From positions 1-38,462 of the forward strand of contig LPNZ01005253.1 of the NCBI GenBank assembly GCA_001655205.1: 38,462 bases of DNA, written 5' to 3'. Each line of letters starts with the position of its first letter. The stretch's first letter is position 1. The translations under genes were made by a program, and so were the position numbers. The stretch is from Lenisia limosa. Taxonomy: Eukaryota > Protista > Breviatea. Below the pieces are notes generated by a model. That model did no database searches and had not been told where the DNA came from. It saw only the letters and a program-made list of their open reading frames with translations. Shown here piece by piece: positions 15,001 through 27,000 of the stretch.

Positions 15001-15835
15001 TGGTGCCTCTGAGAGTTGCTGGTGGTGACGTAGTAATCAACTTCGGGGGTGAGTTCAGTCCAGGGGGGCCCTTCAGGTCAGGGTTAGGGATGTGGAAGAT
15101 GTCAGCAGGGGTGGGCACAGGTTGTGCGTGTAATTCGGGGCGTTTTGGTGTCTCCGGGTACCTTCTCATTTCTACATCATAAGTAAAAACCCAATAGTAT
15201 GTAGAAATGTTTCTCAGAAGAGATATCGGATTATAGATAAGCAGACAAATTTGTACACAAAGATATTAAAACTTAAAGGTAAAAAAAAATGAACTTGAAC
15301 TCAGCATACTGACTCTTTCCATGGGAAACTAAAAGTGGATACCATATTTCAACAATAAATACTTGTATCCCATGTGCCCTGCTCAGACCTGCGGGGTCAG
15401 CCTGACGATAACGTGGCGTGGGGCGGTGTGAGGTGGACCTTCCAATAGAGCCATTTCTGTCGAACATCGGCTGTCTTGTGGATACATAGTGCTCCACACT
15501 GTCGAGGGTTATCCTCAATGTGAAATACAATGCATTTGTTCACCTTGATTACCATTAACTCCCCAGTCGGTGAAAGATTACATATTCCCCAATAAGTCTT
15601 GAGAGTATGTTCTGATGTTTCTACCCATTCAAACCCCAAAAAAAAAAAATACGGAAGAAAACAATAAATAAAACCTCTGCGACTGCGAGATAAATTCTCA
15701 CCTATTCTCCCTGGGACTGTTGTCAAATAAGGGTTCTGGAGGGACCGGGGAATTAAATCGAATCCTACGAGGCCGGCCTGGGGGGGGGGTTATACCCATT
15801 TTAGCGTGGAAATGAAGAGAGAAGGTAACGCTCAT
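61..15835 (-). CDS. Very large multi-exon coiled-coil protein (roughly 3000 aa, rough estimate) with a Pro/Ser-Pro-rich N-terminal head; function unknown; start and stop positions uncertain
   Basis: Chain of minus-strand exons with GT/AG ends encoding E/K/Q/R/L-rich heptad sequence (ORFs 10713-12200, 13397-13726, 13829-14170, 14400-14726, 7986-8240, 6047-6316, 1639-1914, 694-888). The head exons splice phase-consistently: MSVTF...AKMG|RPRRIRFNSP...|NIRTYSQDLLGN|MITLDS...|SEQGTWDT|KMRRYPETPKRP. The tail reads ALYMENLSS...|TPSSFANASH...|AVSDHCNPFSIYEH. I did not verify every internal junction, and several exons are partly hidden by N blocks. Confidence 0.82.
4572..4637. repeat. Perfect 33-nt tandem duplication spanning a 3' splice site
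   Basis: aacttcaaggtccaaagatctgggtaggtaaga occurs at 4572 and 4605. Confidence 0.95.
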
Positions 15836-16102
15836 CTTGATCCTCAAGTATACAACATAAGGTGTCAAATCAATGCGTGGATAATGCAACATAAACTGAT
15901 TTATAGTGAACATAATTAAATATCTACATAAATTGTAGCCTATTAACTTTGGCTTTGAATCATACATATACAAAGTGACGAATGCTCAGAGAAACCAATG
16001 TTATTAAGCGAAGAGAGCGGAGAGTGGTTATGAGGAATATAAAGTAAAAATTTAAACCACTCATATCTCAAATGGATGAGAAACTCTGTTAATTCAATTA
16101 AC

Positions 16103-16362
16103 TTCCCGCAGACTTGTTGCGCCACTCAAATCTCCAACATCTAGCCTGTCATGGCTGCTGAAAGCGTCCTTTGGCGCAGGTCGATTTGAAGAGGTCGACA
16201 TTACTCGGGAAAATGAGGACTTTAATCCGTGCTACTCCGTTTAAACAACATTCCTATTATAAAGACTGTGGAAAGACTGGTTGGTTGAGACGGAGGGGGA
16301 GGTGGAGGGTAGGTCGAACAGATATCAATTTCAGAAAGAGATACAGCCCGCCTTAGATACAA
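16103..16362 (-). other. Two exon-like segments of uncertain assignment (possible 5' extension of the coiled-coil gene, or non-coding)
   Basis: The acceptor tgtag at 16363 opens LYLRRAVSLSEIDICSTYPPPPPPSQPTSLST. A possible 35-nt GT-AG intron joins it in frame to HGLKSSFSRVMSTSSNRPAPKDAFSSHDRLDVGDLSGATSLRE (ATG at 16201). A phase-0 join to the next exon hits a stop, so the link is unresolved. Confidence 0.3.
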
Positions 16363-16730
16363 CTACACAATTATGGTCTTTTGTTGTGAACCAAAAAAAA
16401 CAAAACCTCACCAAAGCCAGGTTAACAGTGGATGAAAGGCGAAATAGGTGAAAGATGGAAAAGGGAAAAGTCCAAGTCCAAGTCCCAGGCTGAAAAAGAC
16501 ACCTGGCTCGGAGTGAAATTTTGCTATGGGTGTTTGGTCATTGTCCCACAGTCCCCCACCCTATTACCCCCTATTGCACCCGACACACCCACTCAACCAG
16601 CACTCACTAGCTGTTATCCAGTCATATGATCCCATGAAATATATTAAATAATTGTTGAAAAATTGGTTGACCCTCTAGAGCCTCCACATTTGAGAAATTC
16701 TTCGGTTACAAAACAACCAAAAAGGACAGA

Positions 16731-17727
16731 CTAGCTTTAAATACATGGAAGAAGTGAAAAATAAAGGTGATTACATAGGAGTGGTGGGTTGTTCCTTGTG
16801 GGGTGTTTTGGTGGGGGTGCTGGGGGTTGAGGCTTCCTCAGGAATACTTGACTCCTTAGGTTTCTTGCTTGGTTGCTAAAGGGTCAAACGCAGACTGAGA
16901 CAAAGCACTAAAAAAACATTGCTTACAGGCTTCCGGGGCTTCTTGGGTGTTTTGGCCAACTCCGCTGACTCTTTCTATTGTAAGTAAAATAATAGCATGG
17001 GGAGAAAGCGCTGGGCATTTGCATATTGGGCACCACCGCTCTCCATATTGTTAGAAAATCACCATATCATAAGAAGACTACTGGGAAACGGTATTATGAT
17101 TATCCGAATAATCTGAAACTCCAAACCTAAAACAAGCAATAACAAAAACATGAGCACCACCCATTAAGATAGACAGGTCACACAAACACAAACACTTAGC
17201 TAGATTTTTATAGCCCCACCTCCTGATACCCAAACTATGCCATGTCAGAAGGTAGAAGAGCCAGTATACTTGTCATGAACACAAACACAAATTAAAAAGA
17301 GTCACCACCACAATCAAAGCAACCACAGAAAAGAAATGTCAAATTATCTCTACTTCAAAAAGGAGGTGTTTTTACTTTTACCAAAAAGCCAAAGAAAAAG
17401 TTAAATTTCCATGTACAATCCAACAGTTTCTTTTTGCAACCCCAAACCAATTCTTCGGGTTTCAGGCTGCTACCCTTGGCCTTGAACAGGTTTTTGGGAG
17501 CAATGGAATTCCTGAAAAAAGAGTGTTAAATGAAGTTCTCTGGAAAATAACGCTTACATTGCATTCTTTTTCCTCCTGTTCATCAATTGCTTCGATGTAG
17601 GCGAGAATATCTTATCTGTGGGACTTTGGTACCTTTCAAAAGTTAGTTGAAAACGCACAGTTTGCACAAACCATGCACCAGATCTTAAGCGATGGACGCT
17701 GTTGTCCTTCTTAGGTGGTGTTGACAT
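16731..17727 (-). CDS. Small basic S/T-P-rich protein (~115 aa) with a Spo12/Bns1/Wis3-like motif
   Basis: Six phase-consistent exons: MSTPPKKDNSVHRLRSGAW|YQSPTDKIFSPTSKQLMNRRKKNAM|NSIAPKNLFKAKGSSLKPEEL|KESAELAKTPKKPRKP|QPSKKPKESSIPEEASTPSTPTKTPHKEQPTTPI|stop (after a 40-nt intron at 16735-16774). SPTDKIFSPTSKQL resembles the Spo12 core SPTDxxxSPCSxKL. Confidence 0.55.
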
Positions 17728-17970
17728 CTTATGCAGCCTTACCTGGTTCAAAAAAAAACTGAAAGTCAGTTGAAATTGAATTACTTCATACTGGTGCTAA
17801 TTAGAGACAGCTTTACCCAACAACATACCCACATACCTGATAATAGATCACTTTCAGACTTTCAGCGTTTAAAAAAATGGTAAAAATTATGATCATTATA
17901 AAAAACGTAAGTCTGGGGGGTTCATTGATATATGAGACAAAATCGAATTATCGCTCTTTTTGATTCGAAG
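17728..17970. promoter_or_regulatory. Probable bidirectional promoter (Spo12-like gene / MRD1)
   Basis: Divergent start codons are 243 nt apart with an AT-rich spacer. Inferred from geometry only. Confidence 0.5.
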
Positions 17971-20900
17971 ATGTCAAGGTTTGTTTGTATACTTTCAGCT
18001 TTGATTAATTATGTTCAGTTTAAAGGAGTCTCGAATCTGCGTGAAAAATCTTCCGAAATATTTGGGGAATGACGCGCTTCTTAAGCACTTTGAGGGTGTT
18101 GGGCAAATTACGGAGGCATTTATAGTCAGAGACAAAGAGTTTGTGGGATATACGTAATGTCTCTGGTGCTATCTCTCACTACATCGGTCCCTCCATCTCC
18201 GCTAACCGTGGAATTCATATAACTTTAGATTTAATAACAATTTATAGGAGGGAGTCTCGTCAATTTGGCTTTGTTGGCTTCAATAGCATTGAAGCAGCCG
18301 AGACTGCCGTAAAGAAAATGAACAAAACTTTCATTGGCACCTCCAAGATTATCTGCGAGCCTGCATTTAAGGTACGAAAGGATAAAACTGGTAAAATGGA
18401 AAATTGTTTTTGTCAGTGGGCGAAACTGTCATTAACTGAAAGATTGTTTTTACGCAGTAGTCAACTGACCCGAGTCTCGCGCGACCATGGTCAAAGCACA
18501 GCAAGGGTTCAAGTGCTTTTGACAGGAAGAAAGAGGTTCGTGGCGGTATATTGAGAATCATTTTGTGTTAATTTGAAGGCTCTGCTTATTTGGATAGAGT
18601 GCTGCGAAAGAGTTGGAAAAGAAGAAGAAGCGTGAGAAGAGGAAGGCACAGAGAGAAGCCGAGAGGGAGGAAAAGAATGCGAAGGGAGAAAAGAAAGAGA
18701 AAAAAGAGAAAAAAGGAGTATCAATTGAGTAAGAGGGGCGCATTGCGCATTCAGGCTTGATGGTTTGTTTCACTTTGTAGTGAAATGGTGAAAGAAAGAG
18801 GCTCCAAAGCCGAGGAATTTCTTGGCATTTTCGAGAGCCGCAAAAAGAAGGGTGTTGCAAGTAACGACTTTGTCAAAGCAGACCAAGATGAGATTGTAGG
18901 AGCTCAAATTACTGTTTTCATTTTTCAGGATTTCAATGAGAGCTCTGATGATGATGAGTACGTTGATATGGATAAGGCACAGAAACCTGAGGTTAGTGGG
19001 ACTTCCCCCATCCTTTTTTTCGGTCGACATTGGAACATTAGTGGCAGCAGTTGCCATTTAATTGGATATTACAGGAATTCGATCCACATCATTCAGTACA
19101 ATCTTAGGGAACGATAATACTTTCTTCTACCTCCACCACCTCAGTATATTTTTACACCTTCAGGGTTCCACCTCAGATGACGATAAATCCGAATTTGTGA
19201 TGGAGAAGACGGAGGAGGAGCGGAAAGAGGAGGAAGAGAACGAGGCTGCTAAACTCGCCGGTATGCTGGGTGGTTGGTGATGGGTTGGGTATAAACATGC
19301 AGATCAATTTGTCCCCATAAGAATGGTGTATATTGTATACCATTGTTTATCCAGGATTTGTGTGTTTTAGAAAAATTCATGCTATATGATATGATATAAT
19401 ACTACTATTTTTTCCAATGTAGAAGTCGAAATGACTGTTCTTTCTTGACCATTTAGAAACACTGGCAGAGACAGGACGACTGATCGTGAAGGGTATTCAT
19501 GTGAGTAGCACAGAAGACGATATTAAGAAGGCCTTCCAAGTAGGAGATGTGTCTGCCCCAAAGCCATTATATTGGTGGTTAATAATTTGGGACCGTTTCT
19601 GTTAACCCGCTTCATTACTTTTACATGATGGTTCAGCTTAATGAACTGATGTAATATTATGTGTTCAATGAAGGATGTAATTCTTGAAACGTATTTATCA
19701 CTACCCCCCCCCCTGACAGTTTTAGGTGTATGGTGAAATCAGTGACATTCAAATTCCCCGTGAGTGTGGGGGTTTATTACGTGTTTTTATAAATACCATT
19801 AGTATCTATTCATCATTCACAACAAAAGTATTGGTTTTTCGTGTTGTAGTTTGTGTTGCTATTTCGGATTCTAAAGTGCTATTTGATTTTGATTTTGACG
19901 AAACAGTGCGCAGCGAGGACCATACTTCCAAGGGCGTCGCCTTCGTCACCTTCATGTTTCCGGGTCATGCTTTGAAGGTACACTGGGGGGAGGGGTCATG
20001 CTTTGAAGGTACATACTAGATGTTGTCGATTTGACGTCTATTGGATACCTCTACAGACCTTTTGTAGCTCTATATGACTCTTGTAGGCCCAATCCGAGAG
20101 TAGTGAAATGTTCATCAGTGGAAAGCGCGTGTGGGTCGAAGCTGCGAGGTATGCCATTTCGTGCAAATGATTGGGTGAATCAATTATACAGCAACCCGTT
20201 TTCTTATACGTAAAGACCTGAGAGCTTTAATTTCTCGTTTCTGCATTCATTATTTGAGATATTTCTAAATCAACTTGATGATTAATAAACACAGAGCCCC
20301 CCCTCAAAACAAGGATGAATTGAAGCAGAAGGCATTAGACGGTGAACTCGGCTTCAAAGCAAAGAAGGTAGGTGCCATTTCCTGAGTGCTGACAATGCTC
20401 TGTTGGACATATTTTGTACATAAAAACGATAAAAATAATCATTCATACTTATTGACGAGATGTAGTGATACACTTTCATTAGCCATGATGACCCCTCCAG
20501 GCAGCGGAGATGAAGGAGCAGCGCAACGACGAGAAGACTTGGAACGCACTCTTCATCCGAAGTGACGCTGCCGTCGAGGCCTTTGCCAAGCAGCAGGGCG
20601 TGTCTAAGGCCGAGATCCTGGACAAGTGGGGTGGGGCTATCATATTCTTGGTATGAATATTTTATAATATACTAAATGTATACTAGTATATAAATATTCT
20701 ACCCAAGGTCTGAATTTTGACCTTGGAATCATGACCTTCCAGCGAAGTCGACAATATGGCAGTTCGTGTTGCCCTGGCTGAAACACAGGCTGTTTCTGAC
20801 GTCAAGAAATGGCTTAAGGAGGTTGGAAGAGAGGATTTACGCAAATTGGAAGTCTTCTGATGGTTCCAACCTTTTCATTTCCACTGTCGGATAGCTGACT

Positions 20901-23890
20901 TCTTAGAACAACGTTTCCGAAGACGTTCTGAGAGCCACAGTGGAGGGTACTTTCAAGGTGGGGTATACTGTGGCTTTTCTGGTATTTTTGGCATTTACAC
21001 TCCTGTTGTTATTTCTCACAATTCAGTTTAAAACTGAGCATGACCGCACCTGCATTCTGGTCAAGAATCTTCCGGCCTCGGCCAATGAGGGCGACCTGAG
21101 GGCTCTTTTCGCTGAGAAGGCTGAAGTCTCAAGAGTGAGCTGGGTGTTTGTTTATGAAGGTATAATAAGACATATTTAGCTCTTCCTAACACCTTTGTAT
21201 AAGACATATTTAGCTCTTCCTAACACCATTGCAGTTCATTATGCCTGCAAGCAACACAATGGCGATCGTTCAGTTCCTAACAGCTGCGGATGCCAACCTT
21301 GCCTTCAACGCCTTGGCGTTCAAAAAGTCAGTGCCAGCATTTTCTCTTTCTTAAACCCGCATTATATTGCACCCCCGCTTGTCAGCACTTTGTTAGGTTC
21401 ATGCTTCCATAGATATGACTAGGGCCATAACCTCCCAGGTACAAGTTCCACCCTCTGAAGCTTCAATACCTTCCCTCAAGCGTATTCACTGCCTGTATGA
21501 TGGCCACCGATGATTGATTGGATATTCAAAGTATTGACATACGGGGGGGGGGGGGNNNNNNNNNNNNNNNNNNNNNNNNNNNNNNNNNNNNNNNNNNNNN
21601 NNNNNNNNNNNNNNNNNNNNNNNNNNNNNNNNNNNNNNNNCTACGAATGAATATTTCATATGTCTTTCTCATTTGCTGATTATGCATAATTTATGTTTAG
21701 ACAGGTTTTCAAAAGCTTTCTCCTGACATTTTTAGCTGTGAAGAAGGAAGTTGGTTCAACAATCATAGACCATGAAGAAACAGAACGTGGGGATGGGAGG
21801 TATTGAAGAGAATAAGTTTTATTTGGGCAACATGATCCCAATGCACTACAATCAAGTGCAATTTGCTATTGAATGATCTGACCATTTTTGTAGCGAGGGT
21901 ATGGGTGTGTCCATTGTGCCTGCATTCAATAATCCCCTGTAGTTACGAAGGAGCAAGAGCAGGCCCTTCAAGAGGTCCAAACACCCACTGTGTCCCTCTT
22001 TGTCAGAAACCTGGACTTCACCACAACTGTAAGGGGGGGGTACCATCCAAATTTGGTTAATGTGGACAAAATTAAAGGGGGAAATTTTTGTACGCTAATG
22101 AGGGCTGATCTATATTTTTGTCATGTATTCAAACCCCTTTGTAAAATGGGAATGAATAGGTTTTTTTTTTCTAACAAATTCTCATTCACCTCCCACCCCA
22201 GGATGCGCGGCTGACGGAAGTGTTCAGCCGAGTGGGAGAGGTGGTCAGGGCCCTGATTGGCAAGAAGAAGAACGACAAGGGCAAGGAACTCAGCCAAGGT
22301 GAGCCGGAAAGGATTGAGATACTCTGATGCTCAGAGGGGGTGGGCAGATAGAGGGGGATGACATACGGTTTTTGATTGCTTAGGATGGGCACATGTTGAG
22401 TACCGATCGAAGAACGACGCTATGAACGCACTTAAGAAGTTGCAGGTGAGTTTGCTTGTACTGCTAACATTTCTGGGGCGCTGAGCAATAAATACTTGTT
22501 TTTCTCCACCATAAATTCCTGTTTATCTGCTGAAGGGCTTGGAGGTTGACGGACGAAAAATCGAAATTCAGCTGTCTGAAAGGAAATCAACAGTGAAAGA
22601 AGTCAAGGTATGAACGAAGAACAACTTTTTGTGTAATTTGTTTTTGTAGATTCTCGGCATTCTATTTTAACACACACATCAGTCGATTTACCGAGAAGTC
22701 TATTACCCCCTCCCCCGCACCCTGATGTTTTAGCGTAAGGAAGAGGCTCATCCCGAGAACTGCAGCCGCACCAAACTCTTAATCAAGAACATGCCGTTCC
22801 AAACCAACAAAAAGGAAGTACGTCCCATTTTTAGGCCATCCATCAGACATCATATGCATTTCATCGGAAATATTTTTGATTGAGTGTCTAACCCTGACAG
22901 ATCCGACAACTCTTCCAGCCCTTCGGAGAGATCAAGTCGCTGCGCCTACCGACGAAGCATGATGGCAGCCTCAGAGGTTTCGGCTTCATTGAACTCGGCA
23001 CTCCAAGTGAGGCCAAGAACGCAATGGAAAGCCTTGCGGGTGAGCTGGAGGGTTGCAGATCTGGGACTATGGGGACGAAGGATGGTGTGTAGTTTACTCT
23101 TGCCCAAAGGGCTGTTATTCCACATTTGATGTTTCTTTTACAGACGGCGACAGGCCTGGGCTTTGTTTTGTTTTTTTGTTTTTTTGTTGTTATCAACCCT
23201 TGTGTGTTGTCAGCCAACAGAGTTGATTGGGCAAATTTTTCAATTTAACCCCCCCCCCCTAGCCACTCATCTGTACGGTCGGCATTTGGTGCTGCGATGG
23301 GCTCAAGAGGAGGAAAGCCTTGCTGCCAAGAGAGAAAAGGTCAACGGTCTTTTTAGAGTCTTCATAAAGTAGTGTCAAAGCTGTTGAATAGTTAATTTGC
23401 CCACATAACCCCTCACCCGTCTGCAAGAACACACTTACGATGTAGGCAGGAGAGCAGTGGGAAGTTGCAGCTCATGGAAAGGGTTCGTGGGCACATTTAA
23501 CAACATGTTCTCTCTATCTTGCTCCATGTGTCTCTGGGTATATACATATGTAATTGTGTGCCGGTTTAATTCAATCCATTTTACATGCCAGGTAAAACTG
23601 GCGATGGAGCTGTTCTTGAGGAAGGTCGTGATAAGTCTTTCCAGGTGAGTTAATAGCAATGTTAATACTCATATTAAACAACTGAGGACACCCCTCTCCG
23701 TAAACACTTTTTTATTTGCATTTGAATGTGGATTGTTTAGACATTGTAATTCGTCAACTCACCCCCCCCCCCCCNNNNNNNNNNNNNNNNNNNNNNNNNN
23801 NNNNNNNNNNNNNNNNNNNNNNNNNNNNNNNNNNNNNNNNNNNNNNNNNNNNNNNNNNNNCAGAAGCCCAGGAAGAAAAAGAGGAACTAG
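17971..23890 (+). CDS. MRD1: Multiple-RRM pre-rRNA processing protein Mrd1/RBM19 (five RRMs)
   Basis: The N-terminus MS|SLKESRICVKNLPKYLGND...FGFVGF...AVKKMNKTFIGTSKIICEPA matches the family. Also present: ETGRLIVKGI, KGVAFVTFMFPGHAL, the linker TWNALFIRSDA, AVRVALAETQ, CILVKNLP, SLFVRNLDFTTT and TKLLIKNMPFQTNKKE|IRQLFQPFGEIKSLRLP...RGFGFIE...THLYGRHLVLRWA. The last exon likely ends KPRKKKRN*, partly masked by Ns. Confidence 0.95.
19962..20013. repeat. 21-nt direct repeat (period 31) spanning a 5' splice site
   Basis: gggtcatgctttgaaggtaca occurs at 19962 and 19993. Confidence 0.93.
21165..21227. repeat. 29-nt intronic direct repeat (period 34) containing a branch-point-like CTAAC
   Basis: ataagacatatttagctcttcctaacacc occurs at 21165 and 21199. 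Confidence 0.93.
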
Positions 23891-24093
23891 AGTGTGTTCA
23901 GTCATTTCAGGTATCTATGTCTACAGCGTTCTTCATCATGTATTTGTCCAATCCATTTGGATTTTAATTACTTCATATGTTACCAGTCTTCTCCCTCTCA
24001 TTAAAGCAACGCAAGGCCTTGTGAACCCTAGAATAGCGGAGAATAAATACACAGGAAACAGGCTCTATAGTACACAAACTACCATGATGACTC

Positions 24094-27000
24094 CTACGCT
24101 TCTCTAAACGAGAAGGCTGGTTGATATTCCTCGAAAACGGCCGGAGGGGCTTGGTTGATCAACTCCAACCTAGAAACAGTGAGGTCTTGTGTACACCGTT
24201 CATATGCATATCGATATGACAAATTATATGCAAGACATTATCACACCCGAATTCAAGATCCCACTTTTTTCGCTCCTCTTCAAGCCTCTTCTTGACAAGT
24301 TTCTTCCTCTTCGACTCCATGAGGATCTCTCTCATTCGGTCCTCTTCAGTGGTGTCGCGAGTCAGGTTGTGGATCGTGAGCTCTTCCGCCTTCTTCAGCT
24401 CTTCTTTTTGCTAGAATGGATTAAAACTGCTCCATGGGCTTGTCAAATAATTGTCTGAGCATTTGACTATGATCTGTCATCCTGGATCTCACTGAAAGAT
24501 TGAGGAGCGGAGATTTCTTCTTTTGTTCCTCAGTCAACTCAGTGGCACCATCAACAGTTTGCCTTGACATCTACCGGGTGAAAAAAAGGAGGGACTATTA
24601 CAATTATGTTTCCTTTTCTTACGAAAAGGCGGATCCATCAATAACCAATGTGAAAACACATTTCGATATGTTATGCGATTGTTTTCTCAAACTATGAAAG
24701 GGAGGGAGGAGTTCACATCTCCTTTATTGGTAAGAAATCTTGGACCACCACATCGATTATACATCGGCTACCCGGGGCTATGGGAATCAACACCCTTCCA
24801 CCCACCTTTTTGACATAGGCGTTGAACGGTATCGTTTTCTGTATACTAGCTAATGGGTGAATACTAGCCAAGTTTGGATGGTGGACACACAGAAGCACAG
24901 GCAGTATGAAAAAGCAAGAAAACCAACTACAGCAGTTGTCAAAGTAGCTCACTATTTAATTCAATTCCACGTGTAAACATCCATAGTGAAAATATAACAA
25001 AAAACCGACATGGGGTTTTTGACTTTTTGCATGATGCGAGACCGCTCCCACCATCAACGAACTCCTGACACTTTTGGGGCAACGGAGGCGGGCCGCTGCG
25101 TGTGCTTGATATCGATATCTTTGGCTGGACCGTATCCAAAAGCTCAAGGAACTGACAGTCTTGTTTGTCACCTGACAGTGCCGACACCTTTGCGGTCAAA
25201 CACAGTGAATGCTAGCTGGTGTACGTAGTGGAAGCCGAACCCATCATCTTTCTTACAAATGTCAATAAACACAATAAAACACGTACCTTGCCGAGGAAGA
25301 CACTGTCATCTTGCTTCCTGGTATAGGGCTTCTGAATCGGTTAGCTAGGCCAACTTTCAAGGATGAGTATATAATACATGAAAAATCAATTCGTTACCCT
25401 TGTCTTTCGTATCACTATAGCAACCCAGACATACCTTGGGCTTGATACCTGATTCGGCAATCAACTCATCAACGTTAGATGTGACTTCTTGTGGGGCATT
25501 GTGCATATCAAGGATATTCTCTGTTGGGGTTAGAACGCGCGAAACATTATTTGTAATAGGATCTGCAAACATTTGTAATATTATGATATTATGACAGTAA
25601 GAGTCCTCATAGACAACAAGGAAATGTCATATACTATTTTGGTGAGGACTCAAACCAAAACTATTTTAGTATTCCAACATACTTCCAGGAATTCTATATC
25701 TAGATTGAGGTGGGACTGCAGTGCCATCTCTAGATAGGTCAAGGGGAGGTGGGAGGGTATTGTTTTTCAAATATTTTTACTCAAATGTCATAAGAAACAA
25801 TAACATTCGACTTTTGTCAGTAGAAGGAGGACCCACGAACCGAATTGCTTTTCTTTGTGCTTTGAAGTTATCGAAAGTGCTTTTGACTGCGATTTGGCCT
25901 TCCCGCATCTCAATAAACTGGGGTGTAGTTACACAATATTGGATGTGTATAAATAGAAGTGCGATACCAAACGAAGTCATTTCTCATTCAGTACTAATAA
26001 TGAGAGTATCGATATTAGATGATATGGGCTGTAAACACAGCTATCTGCGTGCCTCCCCAGCTATTAACCTTTACCCGAAAATTTCCAACCTCTTCTTCAG
26101 TTGGAAGAGCAATAGCCATTTTCATGAGACCAGTATTCTCGTCCCTTCGTCCAGCACCGCGACCGCCTGTGGCTAAACATAGCTTGCCATTTCCATCTTG
26201 ACGGTGAGACTGCAGGAACAAGAAGGTCGGATGATAAGTGATCAAAAGGTTTAAACTGACCAAAGCCGTTCACACCAAAAGAAGAATTTCACCAATCATT
26301 TGACTTTCAACTATAAATCATCTTATTTCATTTGAGATACTACACCGTTTTCTACCTCCCTCTTGCAGTTCCCCTTCCTACCATCCTGGATTCTAGGCTT
26401 AGGTCGGCGGATGAATGGGTCGAAGTCTCGGCGGTAGGGCTTCGAGGTGGTTTCCTGAAGCGTAAAGCCGAGTCATATACACACATCTATTGTGATTCAA
26501 GCATGGGATGCTAGTCTTACAGATGCGGATANNNNNNNNNNNNNNNNNNNNNNNNNNNNNNNNNNNNNNNNNNNNNNNNNNNNNNNNNNNNNNNNNNNNN
26601 NNNNNNNNNNNNNNNNNNNNNNNNNNNNNNNNNNNNGCGCTCCCTCTTCAACTGGGCCTCAGACTTGTCCTTGTCCAGTTCAGGGTCACCAGCGACGCTG
26701 TCAAGAAGATCCTCGTGGATGTACGGTACGCCAATGTTTCTGGCTTTTGTCTTCTGCTTCATTGTGAACTTCATGTCATCAAGGTCGACATCGCCCCGAC
26801 GGCGGAGTGCGAGCGGTGGTGGCGGGTCTATGGGATAAGAATCGGGCAGGCTTTGGTAATATTTCCAGATATTATAAAAATCAACTAATATCACGAACTG
26901 GTTAAGAAATGAACAAAATTAATATCATAGAATCAAAGCGAAACAAGTCAACCCCCACCATTTTCAGGCCTTGGATGGGCCGCAAGAGCTACAAGCTCTG

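Noticed and set aside
15280-15835. CBM20 starch-binding domain at the coiled-coil protein N-terminus (SVTFSLH...GTWD...EFKF)
   Set aside because: The LGxW core is missing, and the phase-consistent splice path skips the EFKF segment.
19621-19680. Possible intronic box C/D snoRNA in MRD1 (ATGATG...CTGA)
   Set aside because: The boxes are imperfect and too close together, with no terminal stem and no recognisable rRNA guide.
25115-25160. Alternative-frame FWIRSSQRY resembling the tRNase Z motif V HFSQRY
   Set aside because: It overlaps the frame carrying SGD-x3-C and would come too early in motif order; treated as coincidence until cDNA fixes the frame.
25212-25214. In-frame TAG upstream of AKVSALSGDKQDC, suggesting TAG reassignment or readthrough
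   Set aside because: A 37-nt GT-AG intron (25188-25224) removes it and joins GFGFHY to VSALSGD in frame. Long Gln-rich exons (e.g. 10939-12157) have no in-frame TAG/TAA, and genes end in TAA or TAG.
25810-25851. FVGPPSTDKS as a Walker A motif (AAA or Crinkler-type NTPase)
   Set aside because: It lacks the invariant GK, no Walker B follows, and the collinear tRNase Z motifs explain it better.
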